Source of the DNA: Patescibacteria group bacterium
GTDB taxonomy: Bacteria; Patescibacteriota; Patescibacteriia; Veblenbacterales; UBA10138
Reading direction: 5' to 3'
Length of the DNA stretch: 64,000 nucleotides
Assembly (NCBI GenBank): GCA_041648575.1
Contig: JBAZOT010000005.1
Location: 17,161 to 81,160, forward strand
Below are positions 18,893 through 29,073 of this stretch, one piece after another. The notes beneath the pieces are model-generated. The model was not told the origin of the DNA. It searched no databases and was given only the letters and a program-made list of their open reading frames with translations. The number at the start of each line of letters is the position of its first letter. Position 1 is the first letter of the stretch. Both the position numbers and the translations under genes were made by a program.

Positions 18893-19483
18893 CTATTGTT
18901 TTTCCCCAATAATTTCCAACACTGCCTCAAGCGCGGCTGGCAACTTTGTAATACCATCACCACCACTGAAGTGCCCCTGACCATGCTCTATTATAATTTT
19001 TGATTCCAATGCATTTATAAATTCATCTTTGTTATCAATAGGAACAAATGGATCATTGTCTGAGAATAAAGCAACACTCTTTTTAATATGCATCTTTACT
19101 GCTTTAAGATTTATTGGTGTCTTTAACCACTCATCAGCCACACTACACACAATATTGTCATCTTCTAAATTTGTTAATCTTTTAAAAAACCCGGCAACAA
19201 AAACAGCTCCACCAACTTTTGTATTTTCAAGCAAAGTTTCAAGGTAACGCGCTATTGCTTGACACCCCATACTATGACCAATAAAAAAAGTTTGTTCATC
19301 TGGTATTCCAACCACTTTTTTTAACTTCGATACCCAATTATTAATTCTTGGTTCACTTGGTTTTGGAAGTTGAGGCACAAAAACACTAAAGCCCTTTGCT
19401 TCCAATTCTTTCTTTAACCACGGGAACCACCCTTCCTCTGGGAAACCATCCCAGCCGTGAATTATGAATACTCTTTTTTTCAT
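18893..19483 (-). CDS. RBBP9/YdeN family alpha/beta hydrolase
   Basis: IIHGW, WFPWL, GHSMG, SDNDPFV, GHF. Confidence 0.92.
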   Translation of the reverse strand: MKKRVFIIHGWDGFPEEGWFPWLKKELEAKGFSVFVPQLPKPSEPRINNWVSKLKKVVGIPDEQTFFIGHSMGCQAIARYLETLLENTKVGGAVFVAGFFKRLTNLEDDNIVCSVADEWLKTPINLKAVKMHIKKSVALFSDNDPFVPIDNKDEFINALESKIIIEHGQGHFSGGDGITKLPAALEAVLEIIGEKQ

Positions 19484-19508
19484 AGATACATATAGTTATG
19501 AACGAATT

Positions 19509-19582
19509 TGGTGGACCCAGGGAGAATCGAACTCCCGCCTGTGCAATGCGAATGCACCGTTATACCACTTAACTATGGGCCC
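19509..19582 (-). tRNA. tRNA-Ala(CGC)
   Basis: Anticodon arm GTGCA-TTCGCAT-TGCAC; G3:U70; encoded CCA. Confidence 0.92.
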
Positions 19583-19583
19583 A

Positions 19584-19658
19584 TGGTGCCCCCGGCGCGA
19601 ATCGAACGCACATCTATCCCTTAGGACGGGATTGTTCTATCCGTTGAACTACGGGGGC
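19584..19658 (-). tRNA. tRNA-Arg(CCT)
   Basis: Anticodon arm ATCCC-GTCCTAA-GGGAT; TTCGATT loop; encoded CCA. Confidence 0.93.
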
Positions 19659-19773
19659 ACAACTACGCTCTGGTTAGCGCCAGAGCTTCGATGGACAAGC
19701 AGTGCTTTGATTAGCGTTTGCTCGTCCGCCGGAGCTCGAGTGCAACGAGAGCATAGGAGAAAACTACGGGGGC
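19659..19773. mobile_element. Palindromic ~103-bp insert bounded by a 12-bp duplication of the tRNA-Arg 5' end
   Basis: AACTACGGGGGC at 19647-19658 and 19762-19773; internal hairpins (GCTCTGG/CCAGAGC, GGAC.AGCA/TGCT.GTCC). Confidence 0.6.
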
Positions 19774-19972
19774 GTAAATATTGAAAAACAACCATTTAAC
19801 ATCCCCAACAGACTCTATTAATTACTACACAAACACTAAAGTGTCAAGGTTTATAACTTAATAAATCACGACTTAAGACTACCTAAACTTGCGACTTATG
19901 ACAACAATTCTTTGACTATTCTCTCCAAAAATACTACAATAGCGTTGCTTTTCATTATTAAAAAATAAGCTT

Positions 19973-20374
19973 ATGTTTTCTAAAAATACATCATCCGACC
20001 AAGCTGAAACTATTATTAGTTCAGCAGTCAAAGTAGAGGGAGATCTTAATTCTGCCGGTGACATTATTATTGACGGCAAAGTGCATGGCACAATAATTAC
20101 CAAAGCAAATTTATTAGTCGGCGAAAAAGCTGAAATTACCGCCAATGTCAAAGCAGCTAATGCTAAAGTAGCAGGTCATATTAAAGGTAATTTGGATATC
20201 AGCGGCAAACTTGAGCTAAACGCTACTAGCAAAATAGATGGTGATATAACGGCCAAAGTATTGGTGGTTACTGAAGGTGCACAATTAAATGGTCATTGCC
20301 AAATGGAAATGCCAGTCAAAGAAGAAATAGCCACCGTTAATAATAAGGGTCCTAAAAAAGCACCCATCTTATAA
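19973..20374 (+). CDS. Bactofilin (polymer-forming cytoskeletal protein)
   Basis: TIISSAVKVEGDL...IDGKVHGTI beta-helix repeats. Confidence 0.93.
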   Translation: MFSKNTSSDQAETIISSAVKVEGDLNSAGDIIIDGKVHGTIITKANLLVGEKAEITANVKAANAKVAGHIKGNLDISGKLELNATSKIDGDITAKVLVVTEGAQLNGHCQMEMPVKEEIATVNNKGPKKAPIL

Positions 20375-20406
20375 ACTAAAAACTATTAACACCGGCTTTT
20401 TATTTT

Positions 20407-21177
20407 ATGCCGTACTTTTATTTATACGATACCTACACCAGCGACCGTACCCACGCCAATACTTTAGTAAGAATTGAAAATACTCTTACTGATCTTGGTA
20501 TTCAAGGTAAAATTGGCCGACTGACGATTTTAAAAAGCGCTAAAGATTTAATCGATTCAGCGTTTAAAGACGGAGCAGATACAATTGTAGCGGTGGGCAA
20601 TGACCTAACTATCAGCAAAGTAGCCGCGGCATTAGTTGGAAAAAAACAAGAAATTGCCATGGGTATTATACCTATTGGAGAAAAAGACCAGTCAATTGCG
20701 AGCCTTTTAGGTATACCAATTGGTGTTTTAGCCTGCCATGTTTTATCTAGCAGAATTATTGAGCAAATCGATTTAGGCAAAGTAAACAGCCAATATTTCA
20801 TTCGTTCGGTAACCGTATCAGGCACGCCGACGGTAACCTGTGATGATCGTTTCACTTTAGTTTTTAATCATCCACATGCTATTAAAATCTGTAACCTAGA
20901 TAGTTGGCAACTTAATGGTCAAACCAAGGTGGCAAATCCTAAAAATAGAATGCTGGAAACTGTACTAACACCACTACCACAAAAAGGGTTTTTGGGTCTG
21001 ACTAAAAAACATCATGCTAATGGCTCACAATTAATTATGGAGTCTTGTAAAATTACCTCTCCGGGTAATTCATTACCAGTAGTAGTAGACGGGGAAAGGG
21101 TTCTAAAAACTCCAGTTATTATTAAAATTGCCTCACAGCGAATTAAGGTTATTGTGGGGAAAAAGAGATTAATTTAG
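20407..21177 (+). CDS. Diacylglycerol kinase catalytic-domain family protein (divergent)
   Basis: VAVGND.T, GIIPIG, IDLGKVN, VDGE. Confidence 0.75.
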   Translation: MPYFYLYDTYTSDRTHANTLVRIENTLTDLGIQGKIGRLTILKSAKDLIDSAFKDGADTIVAVGNDLTISKVAAALVGKKQEIAMGIIPIGEKDQSIASLLGIPIGVLACHVLSSRIIEQIDLGKVNSQYFIRSVTVSGTPTVTCDDRFTLVFNHPHAIKICNLDSWQLNGQTKVANPKNRMLETVLTPLPQKGFLGLTKKHHANGSQLIMESCKITSPGNSLPVVVDGERVLKTPVIIKIASQRIKVIVGKKRLI

Positions 21178-21231
21178 TTAAATTTTTAAAAAAGGCCTCA
21201 GTTGTGAAGCTTTTTTTATTTTGATAATAAT

Positions 21232-21582
21232 TTATGTTTTTGGAATGCCGCTAACAAAAGCACCCAACCAAACAATCCATACTACTATTGACCATTTGTT
21301 AAATAATCTTTCAACTCTACCATGCCATCAATATGCTCTAATAGCCCAAATCAAATGCAAACCCATAATTAGTAAGGCTGTATAACCACAAATACTGTGG
21401 GTGTTAAATTTAGCCCCCGTTGCATTGAACCACATAATTGATGTACCAATTAAATCGCTTACAAATCCTGATATAAATAACACCAGCATCCATGCTTTTA
21501 GACCCTTGTTTATCCTCTCTGACCAGATAGATATAGTGTATAAAACCAGAGCAAATATAATAAATACTATTGCAAAGAACAT
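21232..21582 (-). pseudogene. HsmA/TIGR03987-like small membrane protein interrupted by an in-frame TGA
   Basis: Frame continues past the TGA (21330-21328) as WHGRVERLFNKWSIVVWIVWLGAFVSGIPKT*; AGGAGG SD. Confidence 0.75.
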
Positions 21583-21664
21583 TTTAACCTCCTGTTTTTA
21601 TTTTTTAGATAACACAAACTTACATCAATATAAATTAAGATGCAAGTATTTATTTAATCAATCA

Positions 21665-21934
21665 CTAACCAACCACTGAACCTGCTTCAACTGGTGTTTT
21701 TTCAGTTATTGACGAATCTTCCACTATCATGGCCGTAGCAGTTATGGAAATAACTTGTTGCCGCGCAATTAATAATCGCCCTTTCCATAAACCCGGAACG
21801 GCTGGCCAGTGCCCAACTTGATAACGCAAAACCAGCTGACTGACCGGATCAATTTCTATATCACAAATTTTGCCTAAATGTTTTCCGCTTTTAGTATAAA
21901 CCGGCAAATTTTTTAAATCAGTTAGTCGGAGCAT
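21665..21934 (-). CDS. PRC-barrel domain protein
   Basis: LPVYTKSGKHLGKICDIEID. Confidence 0.8.
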   Translation of the reverse strand: MLRLTDLKNLPVYTKSGKHLGKICDIEIDPVSQLVLRYQVGHWPAVPGLWKGRLLIARQQVISITATAMIVEDSSITEKTPVEAGSVVG

Positions 21935-22655
21935 TGGATGGATTAATTACTTCTTTTTTTCCACCAAACATTAGATACTGTTGAGCTATTGTTAAAACCG
22001 TATTAATAAACCAATAAAGCATTAAACCGCCCGGTAAACTAAAACCAAAAACTACAGTTAACACCGGCATAAAATACAACATTTGTTTGTTCATAGCTGC
22101 GGCCATATTTTCATCCTTGGCGCCTTCGCTTTTAATTGCCGCTTTCTTATGCATTAACATCTTAGTTTGCCAATACTGAGCCGCCCCAGCTAATACACCA
22201 AAAATCCATATCGGATGGCTTAAATCATAGGAAAAGATAAACGGATCAATATGCCCCGGGTTAGCTACAAATGGATACAATAAATTAAAGCCGTCAGAAT
22301 TCAATCCTTTTCTAAATACCTGAAAAACAGCAAACAAAAAAGGTAGCTGAATTAATAACGGCAAACAAGAAGAAAAAGGATTTACCTTTTCCTGTTTATA
22401 AAGAGCCATCATTTCTTTGGTCATTTTTTCCTTATCATCTTTATATTTTGTTTTTAATTCATTAATTTTAGGTTGTATATCTTGCAGTGCTTTTTGTGAT
22501 TTTAAAGATTGCTTAGAAAATGGGTATAATACTAATTTAATAATCACTGTTAATAAAATAATGGCTATAGCAATGTTACTGCCAGTAAGATTATAAAGCC
22601 AAACTAATAAATTAAATAATGGCTGATAAAAAATTGTAGTAAATATTTGAAACAT
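21918..22655 (-). CDS. yidC: Membrane protein insertase YidC/Oxa1 (short form)
   Basis: AIILLTVIIKLVLYP, VNPFSSCLPLLIQLP, PGGLMLYW; synteny. Confidence 0.96.
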   Translation of the reverse strand: MFQIFTTIFYQPLFNLLVWLYNLTGSNIAIAIILLTVIIKLVLYPFSKQSLKSQKALQDIQPKINELKTKYKDDKEKMTKEMMALYKQEKVNPFSSCLPLLIQLPFLFAVFQVFRKGLNSDGFNLLYPFVANPGHIDPFIFSYDLSHPIWIFGVLAGAAQYWQTKMLMHKKAAIKSEGAKDENMAAAMNKQMLYFMPVLTVVFGFSLPGGLMLYWFINTVLTIAQQYLMFGGKKEVINPSNAPTN

Positions 22656-22682
22656 GAATAATAAATTAATTTTATAAGTTAA

Positions 22683-22940
22683 TTAAGGAACTTGATCAAA
22701 GCCGCCTTTTTGCCAAGGATGGCAACGGCTTATACGCTTTATTGACATTATACCACCCTTCACTGTTCCATACTTAGTAATTGCCTGGTAAGCATACTCA
22801 GAGCACGAGGGATAAAACTTGCAACCGCCATGAGGCAGTAATGACCGACCCCAACCATGATCAGGAGAAAATGTTTTTTGGTATAACCTAATTAATTTTA
22901 AAATTGTTGTTTGGACAGTTAATTTGATTATCTGCAACAT
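22683..22940 (-). CDS. yidD: Membrane protein insertion efficiency factor YidD
   Basis: CKFYPSCSEY, RISRCHPW..GG.D.VP. Confidence 0.95.
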   Translation of the reverse strand: MLQIIKLTVQTTILKLIRLYQKTFSPDHGWGRSLLPHGGCKFYPSCSEYAYQAITKYGTVKGGIMSIKRISRCHPWQKGGFDQVP

Positions 22941-22943
22941 AAA

Positions 22944-23282
22944 CTACTTAATTCTCTGAAAAATTTGTCTAACAACCGCTTGTAACTCAGGCCATTTAGC
23001 TTTGATAATACCTTTATTTAAATTAAAAACAAACCAATAACCCGTTGCCGGTACTAAATTTAACTCTTTCCTTAATAAAGCCCATAAACGACGCCGGCCG
23101 CGGTTGCGCATTGTTGCTTTGCCCATTTTTTTTATTGAAGTGACTACGGCAAATTTACTTGGTTGCCCGCGATAAATAGGCAAGTACCATAAAACAAAAA
23201 AGTGACAAGCTAGGCGACGGCCGTATTTATAAACATGATTAAAATCGTGCTGATTCCTTAATTTTTGCCAAGCTGGCAACAT
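22944..23282 (-). CDS. rnpA: Ribonuclease P protein component
   Basis: KATMRNRGRRRL RNR motif; position between rpmH and yidD. Confidence 0.9.
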   Translation of the reverse strand: MLPAWQKLRNQHDFNHVYKYGRRLACHFFVLWYLPIYRGQPSKFAVVTSIKKMGKATMRNRGRRRLWALLRKELNLVPATGYWFVFNLNKGIIKAKWPELQAVVRQIFQRIK

Positions 23283-23285
23283 GAG

Positions 23286-23423
23286 CTAAACTGATAATCT
23301 CCGCCGACTTTTGTGCCTCCGCCTGGATAACACTCGCCGACCAGTGGCTTTTTTCATTCGGTTGCGAAAACCATGTTTCTTTGCCCTTTTTCTTTTATTT
23401 GGTTGATATGTTCTTTTAGGCAT
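23286..23423 (-). CDS. rpmH: 50S ribosomal protein L34 (not in the ORF track)
   Basis: [45 protein letters not shown]. Confidence 0.97.
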   Translation of the reverse strand: MPKRTYQPNKRKRAKKHGFRNRMKKATGRRVLSRRRHKSRRRLSV

Positions 23424-23597
23424 ATATAATTAAAGCTATTTTACTATACCAACCTCTTGTTTAAAGGTCAAAGGATTTATAATATCCCCAGATTATCAAC
23501 AATATATTAACACTTAATAAACTTTTCACTGGTTTTCCACTTTGGTTATTTATGGTATAAAAAATAGTGCTCCATATTTATCATAACAAATCTTACT
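23424..23597. other. Upstream oriC-like region with degenerate DnaA boxes
   Basis: ATATCCCCA, TTATCAACA, TTTTCCACT between rpmH and dnaA. Confidence 0.5.
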
Positions 23598-24935
23598 ATG
23601 ACCAATGAACAACTTTGGCAATCCGCTTTGGGTGAATTAGAACTCCTTATTAGTAAAGCTAATTTTACTACCTGGTTTAAAAATACTTTTATTGAATCTA
23701 ACAACAATGGCTGTATTATTGTGGGTGTGCCCAATGCTTTTACCAAAGCATGGTTAGAAAAAAAATATCATGATTATATCCGCCAAGCTTTAAAAAACAT
23801 CAGTAACCAAGAAGTTAAAGAGATACTTTACCAAGTTAGTGCCAATAAACCAACGCTTGATTTTGCTAATCAAATAATCCCTTCTTCTCCAACATTAACT
23901 AACAATCATTATTTAGGATTAAATCAAAACTATACTTTTGATACTTTTGTTATTGGTAAAAATAATGAATTAGCAAAAGCAGCGGCCACTGCCGTAGTTG
24001 AATCATTGGGCCAAGTATATAATCCGTTGTTTCTTTATGGCGGCGCTGGTTTGGGAAAAACACATTTATTACAAGCCATTGGTAATGCTATATTAAAAAA
24101 ATACTCTGATAAGAAAGTTGTTTATCTAACTTGTGAAAAATTTACCAGCGAATTTATTGAAGCAATCAGTAAAGGAGGAATGGAAAAGTTTAAAAACACT
24201 TACCGCAATGTTGACGCCTTGTTAGTTGATGATGTGCAATTCTTAGCCGGCAAAGAGGGAACACAAGAGGAATTTTTTCATACTTTTAATACTCTGCACC
24301 AGGCTAATAAACAGATAATTTTAACTTCTGACCGCCCACCCAAAGCGATCCCTACCTTAGAGCACCGCCTAATATCCCGTTTTGAATGGGGAATGCTAGC
24401 TGATATTATAAGTCCTGATTTAGAAACCAGAATAGCTATTTTAGAAGCAAAATGCAAAGAAAAACATATTAATCTTGATTCTAAAATTATTAGCTATTTA
24501 GCTTCTACTATTCAAAGTAATATAAGAGAACTAGAGGGGGCTTTAAATAAAATTGTGGCTTACCATCAATTAAATAACCACGAACCAACAGTGGAGTCAG
24601 TTAAAAATATTTTACAAACATCCAGCTTACAAGAGCGCAGCCAGGCTGTAACTATTAAAAAAATCATAAATATCGTTGCTAAATATTATGATATAAAAAT
24701 GGACGACCTACTTGGAAGCAGCCGCAAAAAACAATTAGTCACCCCACGACAAATTGCTATGTATTTAATGCGCAATGAAATCAAAGCATCTTATCCTTCT
24801 ATTGGCCAAGAATTAGGTAATCGAGATCACACCACTGCTATGCATGCTTTTGTAAAAATAACTAATGAACTTAACAAAGGTGGCTTAATCCAACAAGATA
24901 TCCACTTAATTCGTCAGCAGCTTTACAACACTTAA
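23598..24935 (+). CDS. dnaA: Chromosomal replication initiator DnaA
   Basis: YNPLFLYGGAGLGKTHL, LLVDDVQFL, QEEFFHTFN, RDHTT. Confidence 0.99.
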   Translation: MTNEQLWQSALGELELLISKANFTTWFKNTFIESNNNGCIIVGVPNAFTKAWLEKKYHDYIRQALKNISNQEVKEILYQVSANKPTLDFANQIIPSSPTLTNNHYLGLNQNYTFDTFVIGKNNELAKAAATAVVESLGQVYNPLFLYGGAGLGKTHLLQAIGNAILKKYSDKKVVYLTCEKFTSEFIEAISKGGMEKFKNTYRNVDALLVDDVQFLAGKEGTQEEFFHTFNTLHQANKQIILTSDRPPKAIPTLEHRLISRFEWGMLADIISPDLETRIAILEAKCKEKHINLDSKIISYLASTIQSNIRELEGALNKIVAYHQLNNHEPTVESVKNILQTSSLQERSQAVTIKKIINIVAKYYDIKMDDLLGSSRKKQLVTPRQIAMYLMRNEIKASYPSIGQELGNRDHTTAMHAFVKITNELNKGGLIQQDIHLIRQQLYNT

Positions 24936-25072
24936 ATTTTTTTTACTTAACCCCAAACTAAACACCATCCCCTCACTCTTATTCCCACAACCTAAACACA
25001 ACCAGTCAACAAACTTTTCTTAATAAACAATTGATTAAAAATATATTTTTATAAGTTTTACACCCCACTACT
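24936..25072. other. oriC: Likely oriC (dnaA-dnaN intergenic)
   Basis: Degenerate boxes (TTAACCCCA, ATTCCCACA), AT-rich stretch, trio-like ACTACTA at the dnaN start; + strand changes from C-rich to G-rich here (by eye). Confidence 0.55.
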
Positions 25073-26188
25073 ATGATAACAACATGTACTAAAGATAATT
25101 TATATAAAGGTTTATTAATTACCGGAAGTATAGCGGGGCGTAATTCCGCCTTGCCTATTTTAAATAATGTATTATTAAAAACCGAGGCTGGTGGTTTAAC
25201 TATTTCTTCTACTAATTTAGAGGTTGGGGTAATTACTAAAATTAGAGCCAAGGTTTCAGCCGAAGGTTCTTTAACTGTGCAAGGAAAGTTGTTTACTGAA
25301 CTAGTTTCTTTATTACCAAACGAGAAGGTGGACTTAGAAGTGAATGGGCTTAATTTAAAAGTCAGTTGTGCAGGCCACCAGACAATTATTCATGGATTAG
25401 CAGCAGATGATTTTCCAGTAATACCAGAAGTTGTTTCAAAAAAAACAGCAACCGTTGTTGGTAAAGATTTAGCAGAAGCTTTTGAGCAAGTGGCTTTTGC
25501 TGTTAATGTAAATGAAAATAGGCCAGAAATTAGTGGCGTATTATTAAATATTTTGGATAATAAAAAAATAGCATTGGTTGCCACTGACAGTTATCGTTTG
25601 GCTGAAAAAATAATTGATGTTGTGAAAGGAGATTTAGGGACAGGACAATTAATAATTCCTTTAAAAACCGTTCAGCAGGTGATAAGGGTGGCCAATACTA
25701 ATGAAGAAATAAAGGAAATAAATGTACAAATTAGTGACAATCAAATAATGTGGAGCATTGGAGAAACAATAATTGTATCACGCATTATTTCTGCACAATT
25801 TCCGGATTATAAACAAATTATTCCTAAAAAATTTAATACTGAATTATGGTTGGATCGCAATACTATTTTGCAGGCTGTAAAAAGCGCCAGCTTGTTTACA
25901 CGGGCTGGTATAAACGATGTACGATTGCAGGTTAATCCAGGAGAAAAAACAGTCCAGATATCATCAGTTAATAGCCAATTAGGTGAAGATTCATCAACTT
26001 TGGCTGTTAATAAAGTTAGTGGTGAGGCAAATGAAATTGTTTTTAATTATCGTTATTTAATTGACGGGCTTAATGTAATTACCGACAAAGAAATAAAATT
26101 GTCATTAGTGGATACTAATAACCCTGGATTGTTAAAGCCAGCTGCCAATGGCGATTATAATTATATTATCATGCCGATTAGGCAATAA
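25073..26188 (+). CDS. dnaN: DNA polymerase III beta clamp
   Basis: LPILNNVLL, VATDSYRL, FPDYKQIIP, FNYRYL, IIMPIR. Confidence 0.98.
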   Translation: MITTCTKDNLYKGLLITGSIAGRNSALPILNNVLLKTEAGGLTISSTNLEVGVITKIRAKVSAEGSLTVQGKLFTELVSLLPNEKVDLEVNGLNLKVSCAGHQTIIHGLAADDFPVIPEVVSKKTATVVGKDLAEAFEQVAFAVNVNENRPEISGVLLNILDNKKIALVATDSYRLAEKIIDVVKGDLGTGQLIIPLKTVQQVIRVANTNEEIKEINVQISDNQIMWSIGETIIVSRIISAQFPDYKQIIPKKFNTELWLDRNTILQAVKSASLFTRAGINDVRLQVNPGEKTVQISSVNSQLGEDSSTLAVNKVSGEANEIVFNYRYLIDGLNVITDKEIKLSLVDTNNPGLLKPAANGDYNYIIMPIRQ

Positions 26189-26205
26189 TTTATTGTTAAA
26201 TTAGA

Positions 26206-29022
26206 TTATTCAATAGTTACAGTAATGGGGCGGCTATTTTTTGTGCCGCCTGTTTTGTCAGTCAGAATAAGAAATAGTTTATAAACACCAGTAGAAGCAG
26301 GAGACCAGATTAATTGGTTGATAGTTTGTGGTTTGTTAATATAACCAAGCCAGTTTGAACCACCAGTTGTTGCTTGATAATAAAGATCAACTTTTGTTAA
26401 ATATTGAGGATTATCAAATTGTAATTTTATATTGATTGGGGTTTCGTTAATATTTAATCGCGCATTGTCCGTTGGGTTTAACCAAGAAACATGATAAGGA
26501 GATGACAGTAAAGTAGTTTGTAAATTAAAAGTTATTTTATCTTCAGCTGAATTATCAACATCATCATAAGCCTTAACTGTTAAATTATGAAAGCCATTAG
26601 TTAATTCGTCTGTGAATTGATAGTTTAAAGACCAGGGAAAAGATTTGGCTTCGCCTACCAATTGGTTATCAAGAAAGTATTCAACGCGACGTATACCGCG
26701 TCGAGCATTTGTAGCAACAGTAAAAATGGTTGGGTTTTGTTTAATGGTTTCATTGTCAGTGGGGGTAGTAAGATTAATAGTTGGTTTATTAATGGCAATA
26801 TGTACATCATCAAATTCAGTGGGTGGTTGTTCGTTAGTATAACCTTGTTCATTAGTCCACCTAGTAACCGCCGTTTCCCAATTTAAATATTGTGGATCGT
26901 CTTCGGGGCGAGAAGGAATCGTGCCCAAAGGATCATCTTTGTTAACGTAACGTAAGATAGAGTGATATTGTTTGTAACGTCGTCGTTCAATAAAATTAGT
27001 AGGAGTTAAGTCGGTAGCTAATTTACCACTAGCGCGGTCTATTAACACTTCTTCTCCGCTTAAATAACCATTAAGCATTGGTTTATCAACAGTGATTGTT
27101 TCTGACGGTGTAAAATTTTCTGCTGGTTTGTTAACTAAAGTTTTAGTCATAAAAGATTGCCAAATCGGTGCAGCCAGTACCGAGCCATCAGCACCGCGTT
27201 TCATTTCGCTATTATCACTGTTTCCCACCCAAACACCAGCAACTAATGATGGGGTATAGCCCAAAGTCCAAGCATCACGGTAATCATTAGTGGTTCCGGT
27301 TTTGGCCACTACTGGCCTAGCTGGTAAGGTTAGGTAATTGTTAGCACCAAAAATATATTCTCTAGCAGAATTATCTGATAAAATATTAGTAATTTGTCTG
27401 GCGGTTTGTTCGGCTAGTATTTTTTTAGCGACAGGTTGTTGGTATTCTTCAAGGGTTTTTCCAGTTGAATCTTCAATTTTTAAAATTCCGGTAGTTGGTA
27501 AAAAATTACCTTCTCGGGCTAGTGAGGCATAAGCATTGGTGTGTTCAATTAATTTAATTTCAGCGCCACCCAAAACTAAAGATAAACCAAAACGGCTTCG
27601 GTCTTTTAGCGTAGTATAACCCAATTGACTGGCTAAATCTAAAATATTATCTATGCCAACCAAATAAAGCAGTTTTACTGCTGGGATGTTTAATGAGCCA
27701 GCTAAAGCGGTTTTTAATGATACTGGGCCATGTTCGCGATCATCATAATTATGCGGTTCATAATCTTTGGTTTCTGTTTTAAAAGTGGTTACTACATCAA
27801 ATAAAATAGTATCGGGCGTATATCCTTTAGCCAGAGCAGCAGCATAGACAAAGGGTTTAAACGACGAACCGGGCTGGCGTGGGCGAGTTACTACATTAAC
27901 CTGGCCAGATATCGAATCATCAAAAAAATCACGCGATCCAACCATCGCCAGAATTTGTCCAGATTTAGGATCTAAAGCAACCAATGCGGCGTTACTAGCT
28001 TGGTAGGAATTATTTTTTTCTGCACTTTCGGCAATAGCAGTTTCAGCGTTTTTTTGCGCTTCAATATCTAAGGTGGTAATAATTTTTAATCCACCTTGTT
28101 CAACTGTCCGTTCGCCATATTTAGCAGCCACTTGTTCTTTTATAAAAAATATAAAATGCGGAGCAATGATATTTTCAGTTTTTGACACAAATTGTAATTT
28201 ATAATCCTTGGCCACCTGAGCAGTATCGGCGGTAATATAGTTTAAAGAAACCATTTCATCAATAATATATTGTTGTCGAGCCAGCAATTCATCTTTATGG
28301 GTTCCCCAGGGCGAGTAATAGCTTGGCGCTTTGGGAATGGCAGCCAGTAGTGCGCTTTCTGCTAAATTTAAATCTCTAACGCTCTTGCCAAAAAACATTT
28401 GAGCCGCAGCTTCTGCTCCATAAGCATTGGAGCCATAAGGTATTTCATTAAAGTATAGTTTTAAGATTTCATCTTTAGAGAATTTTCTTTCAATTTGATA
28501 GGCTAAAATAACCTCCTTTATTTTTCTGGTATATTTTTTTTCTCCACCGACAATAGCATTTTTTATAAATTGTTGAGTAATAGTTGAACCTCCTTGTGAT
28601 AGGCTGCCGCTTAAGATGTTAACCAGCAAAGAGCGAACCATAGAAGTAAAGCGAAATCCTTTATGGTTATAAAAATTTCTGTCCTCTGCCGTTAAGGTGG
28701 CTTGCTTAAGATAATCTGGTATATCGTTTAATTCAACACTAGTGCGGCGCTCTTCGCCGTGAATATCATAAAGTACAATTTGTCCGGTACGGTCATAAAT
28801 TTTGGTGCTTTGGGGAATAATTCTATGAGCAATACCTTCGGGGGTGGGTAGGTCGCGGCTGGCCCAAATAAATAAACCAAGCAAGCTAATAACGCCCAGT
28901 AAAAAAATTACAATAAACAAACGCCATAGTTGATTTTTATAATTGCGTCGTTTAGTAACATGATGAAGTTGGGGGCGTCGCCAACTCGGTTGGTTATAAG
29001 GAGATGAAATTTTTCTTTTCAT
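26206..29022 (-). CDS. Class A penicillin-binding protein (PBP1A family) with C-terminal Ig-like domains
   Basis: TAEDRNFY, GGSTITQQ, RQPGSSFKP, SLN, KTGT. Confidence 0.95.
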   Translation of the reverse strand: MKRKISSPYNQPSWRRPQLHHVTKRRNYKNQLWRLFIVIFLLGVISLLGLFIWASRDLPTPEGIAHRIIPQSTKIYDRTGQIVLYDIHGEERRTSVELNDIPDYLKQATLTAEDRNFYNHKGFRFTSMVRSLLVNILSGSLSQGGSTITQQFIKNAIVGGEKKYTRKIKEVILAYQIERKFSKDEILKLYFNEIPYGSNAYGAEAAAQMFFGKSVRDLNLAESALLAAIPKAPSYYSPWGTHKDELLARQQYIIDEMVSLNYITADTAQVAKDYKLQFVSKTENIIAPHFIFFIKEQVAAKYGERTVEQGGLKIITTLDIEAQKNAETAIAESAEKNNSYQASNAALVALDPKSGQILAMVGSRDFFDDSISGQVNVVTRPRQPGSSFKPFVYAAALAKGYTPDTILFDVVTTFKTETKDYEPHNYDDREHGPVSLKTALAGSLNIPAVKLLYLVGIDNILDLASQLGYTTLKDRSRFGLSLVLGGAEIKLIEHTNAYASLAREGNFLPTTGILKIEDSTGKTLEEYQQPVAKKILAEQTARQITNILSDNSAREYIFGANNYLTLPARPVVAKTGTTNDYRDAWTLGYTPSLVAGVWVGNSDNSEMKRGADGSVLAAPIWQSFMTKTLVNKPAENFTPSETITVDKPMLNGYLSGEEVLIDRASGKLATDLTPTNFIERRRYKQYHSILRYVNKDDPLGTIPSRPEDDPQYLNWETAVTRWTNEQGYTNEQPPTEFDDVHIAINKPTINLTTPTDNETIKQNPTIFTVATNARRGIRRVEYFLDNQLVGEAKSFPWSLNYQFTDELTNGFHNLTVKAYDDVDNSAEDKITFNLQTTLLSSPYHVSWLNPTDNARLNINETPINIKLQFDNPQYLTKVDLYYQATTGGSNWLGYINKPQTINQLIWSPASTGVYKLFLILTDKTGGTKNSRPITVTIE

Positions 29023-29073
29023 AAATCCGCTTATTCAATTATAGCAAGCCACGTGCTACAATGAAAATAGACT

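Noticed and set aside
19464-19784. 106-aa ORF
   Set aside because: Antisense read-through of two tRNA genes and a repeat.
21328-21330. Genetic code 25 (TGA = Gly) recoding
   Set aside because: TGA ends several intact genes here (yraN, lexA-like, yidC, dksA-like), and long genes are unbroken under code 11.
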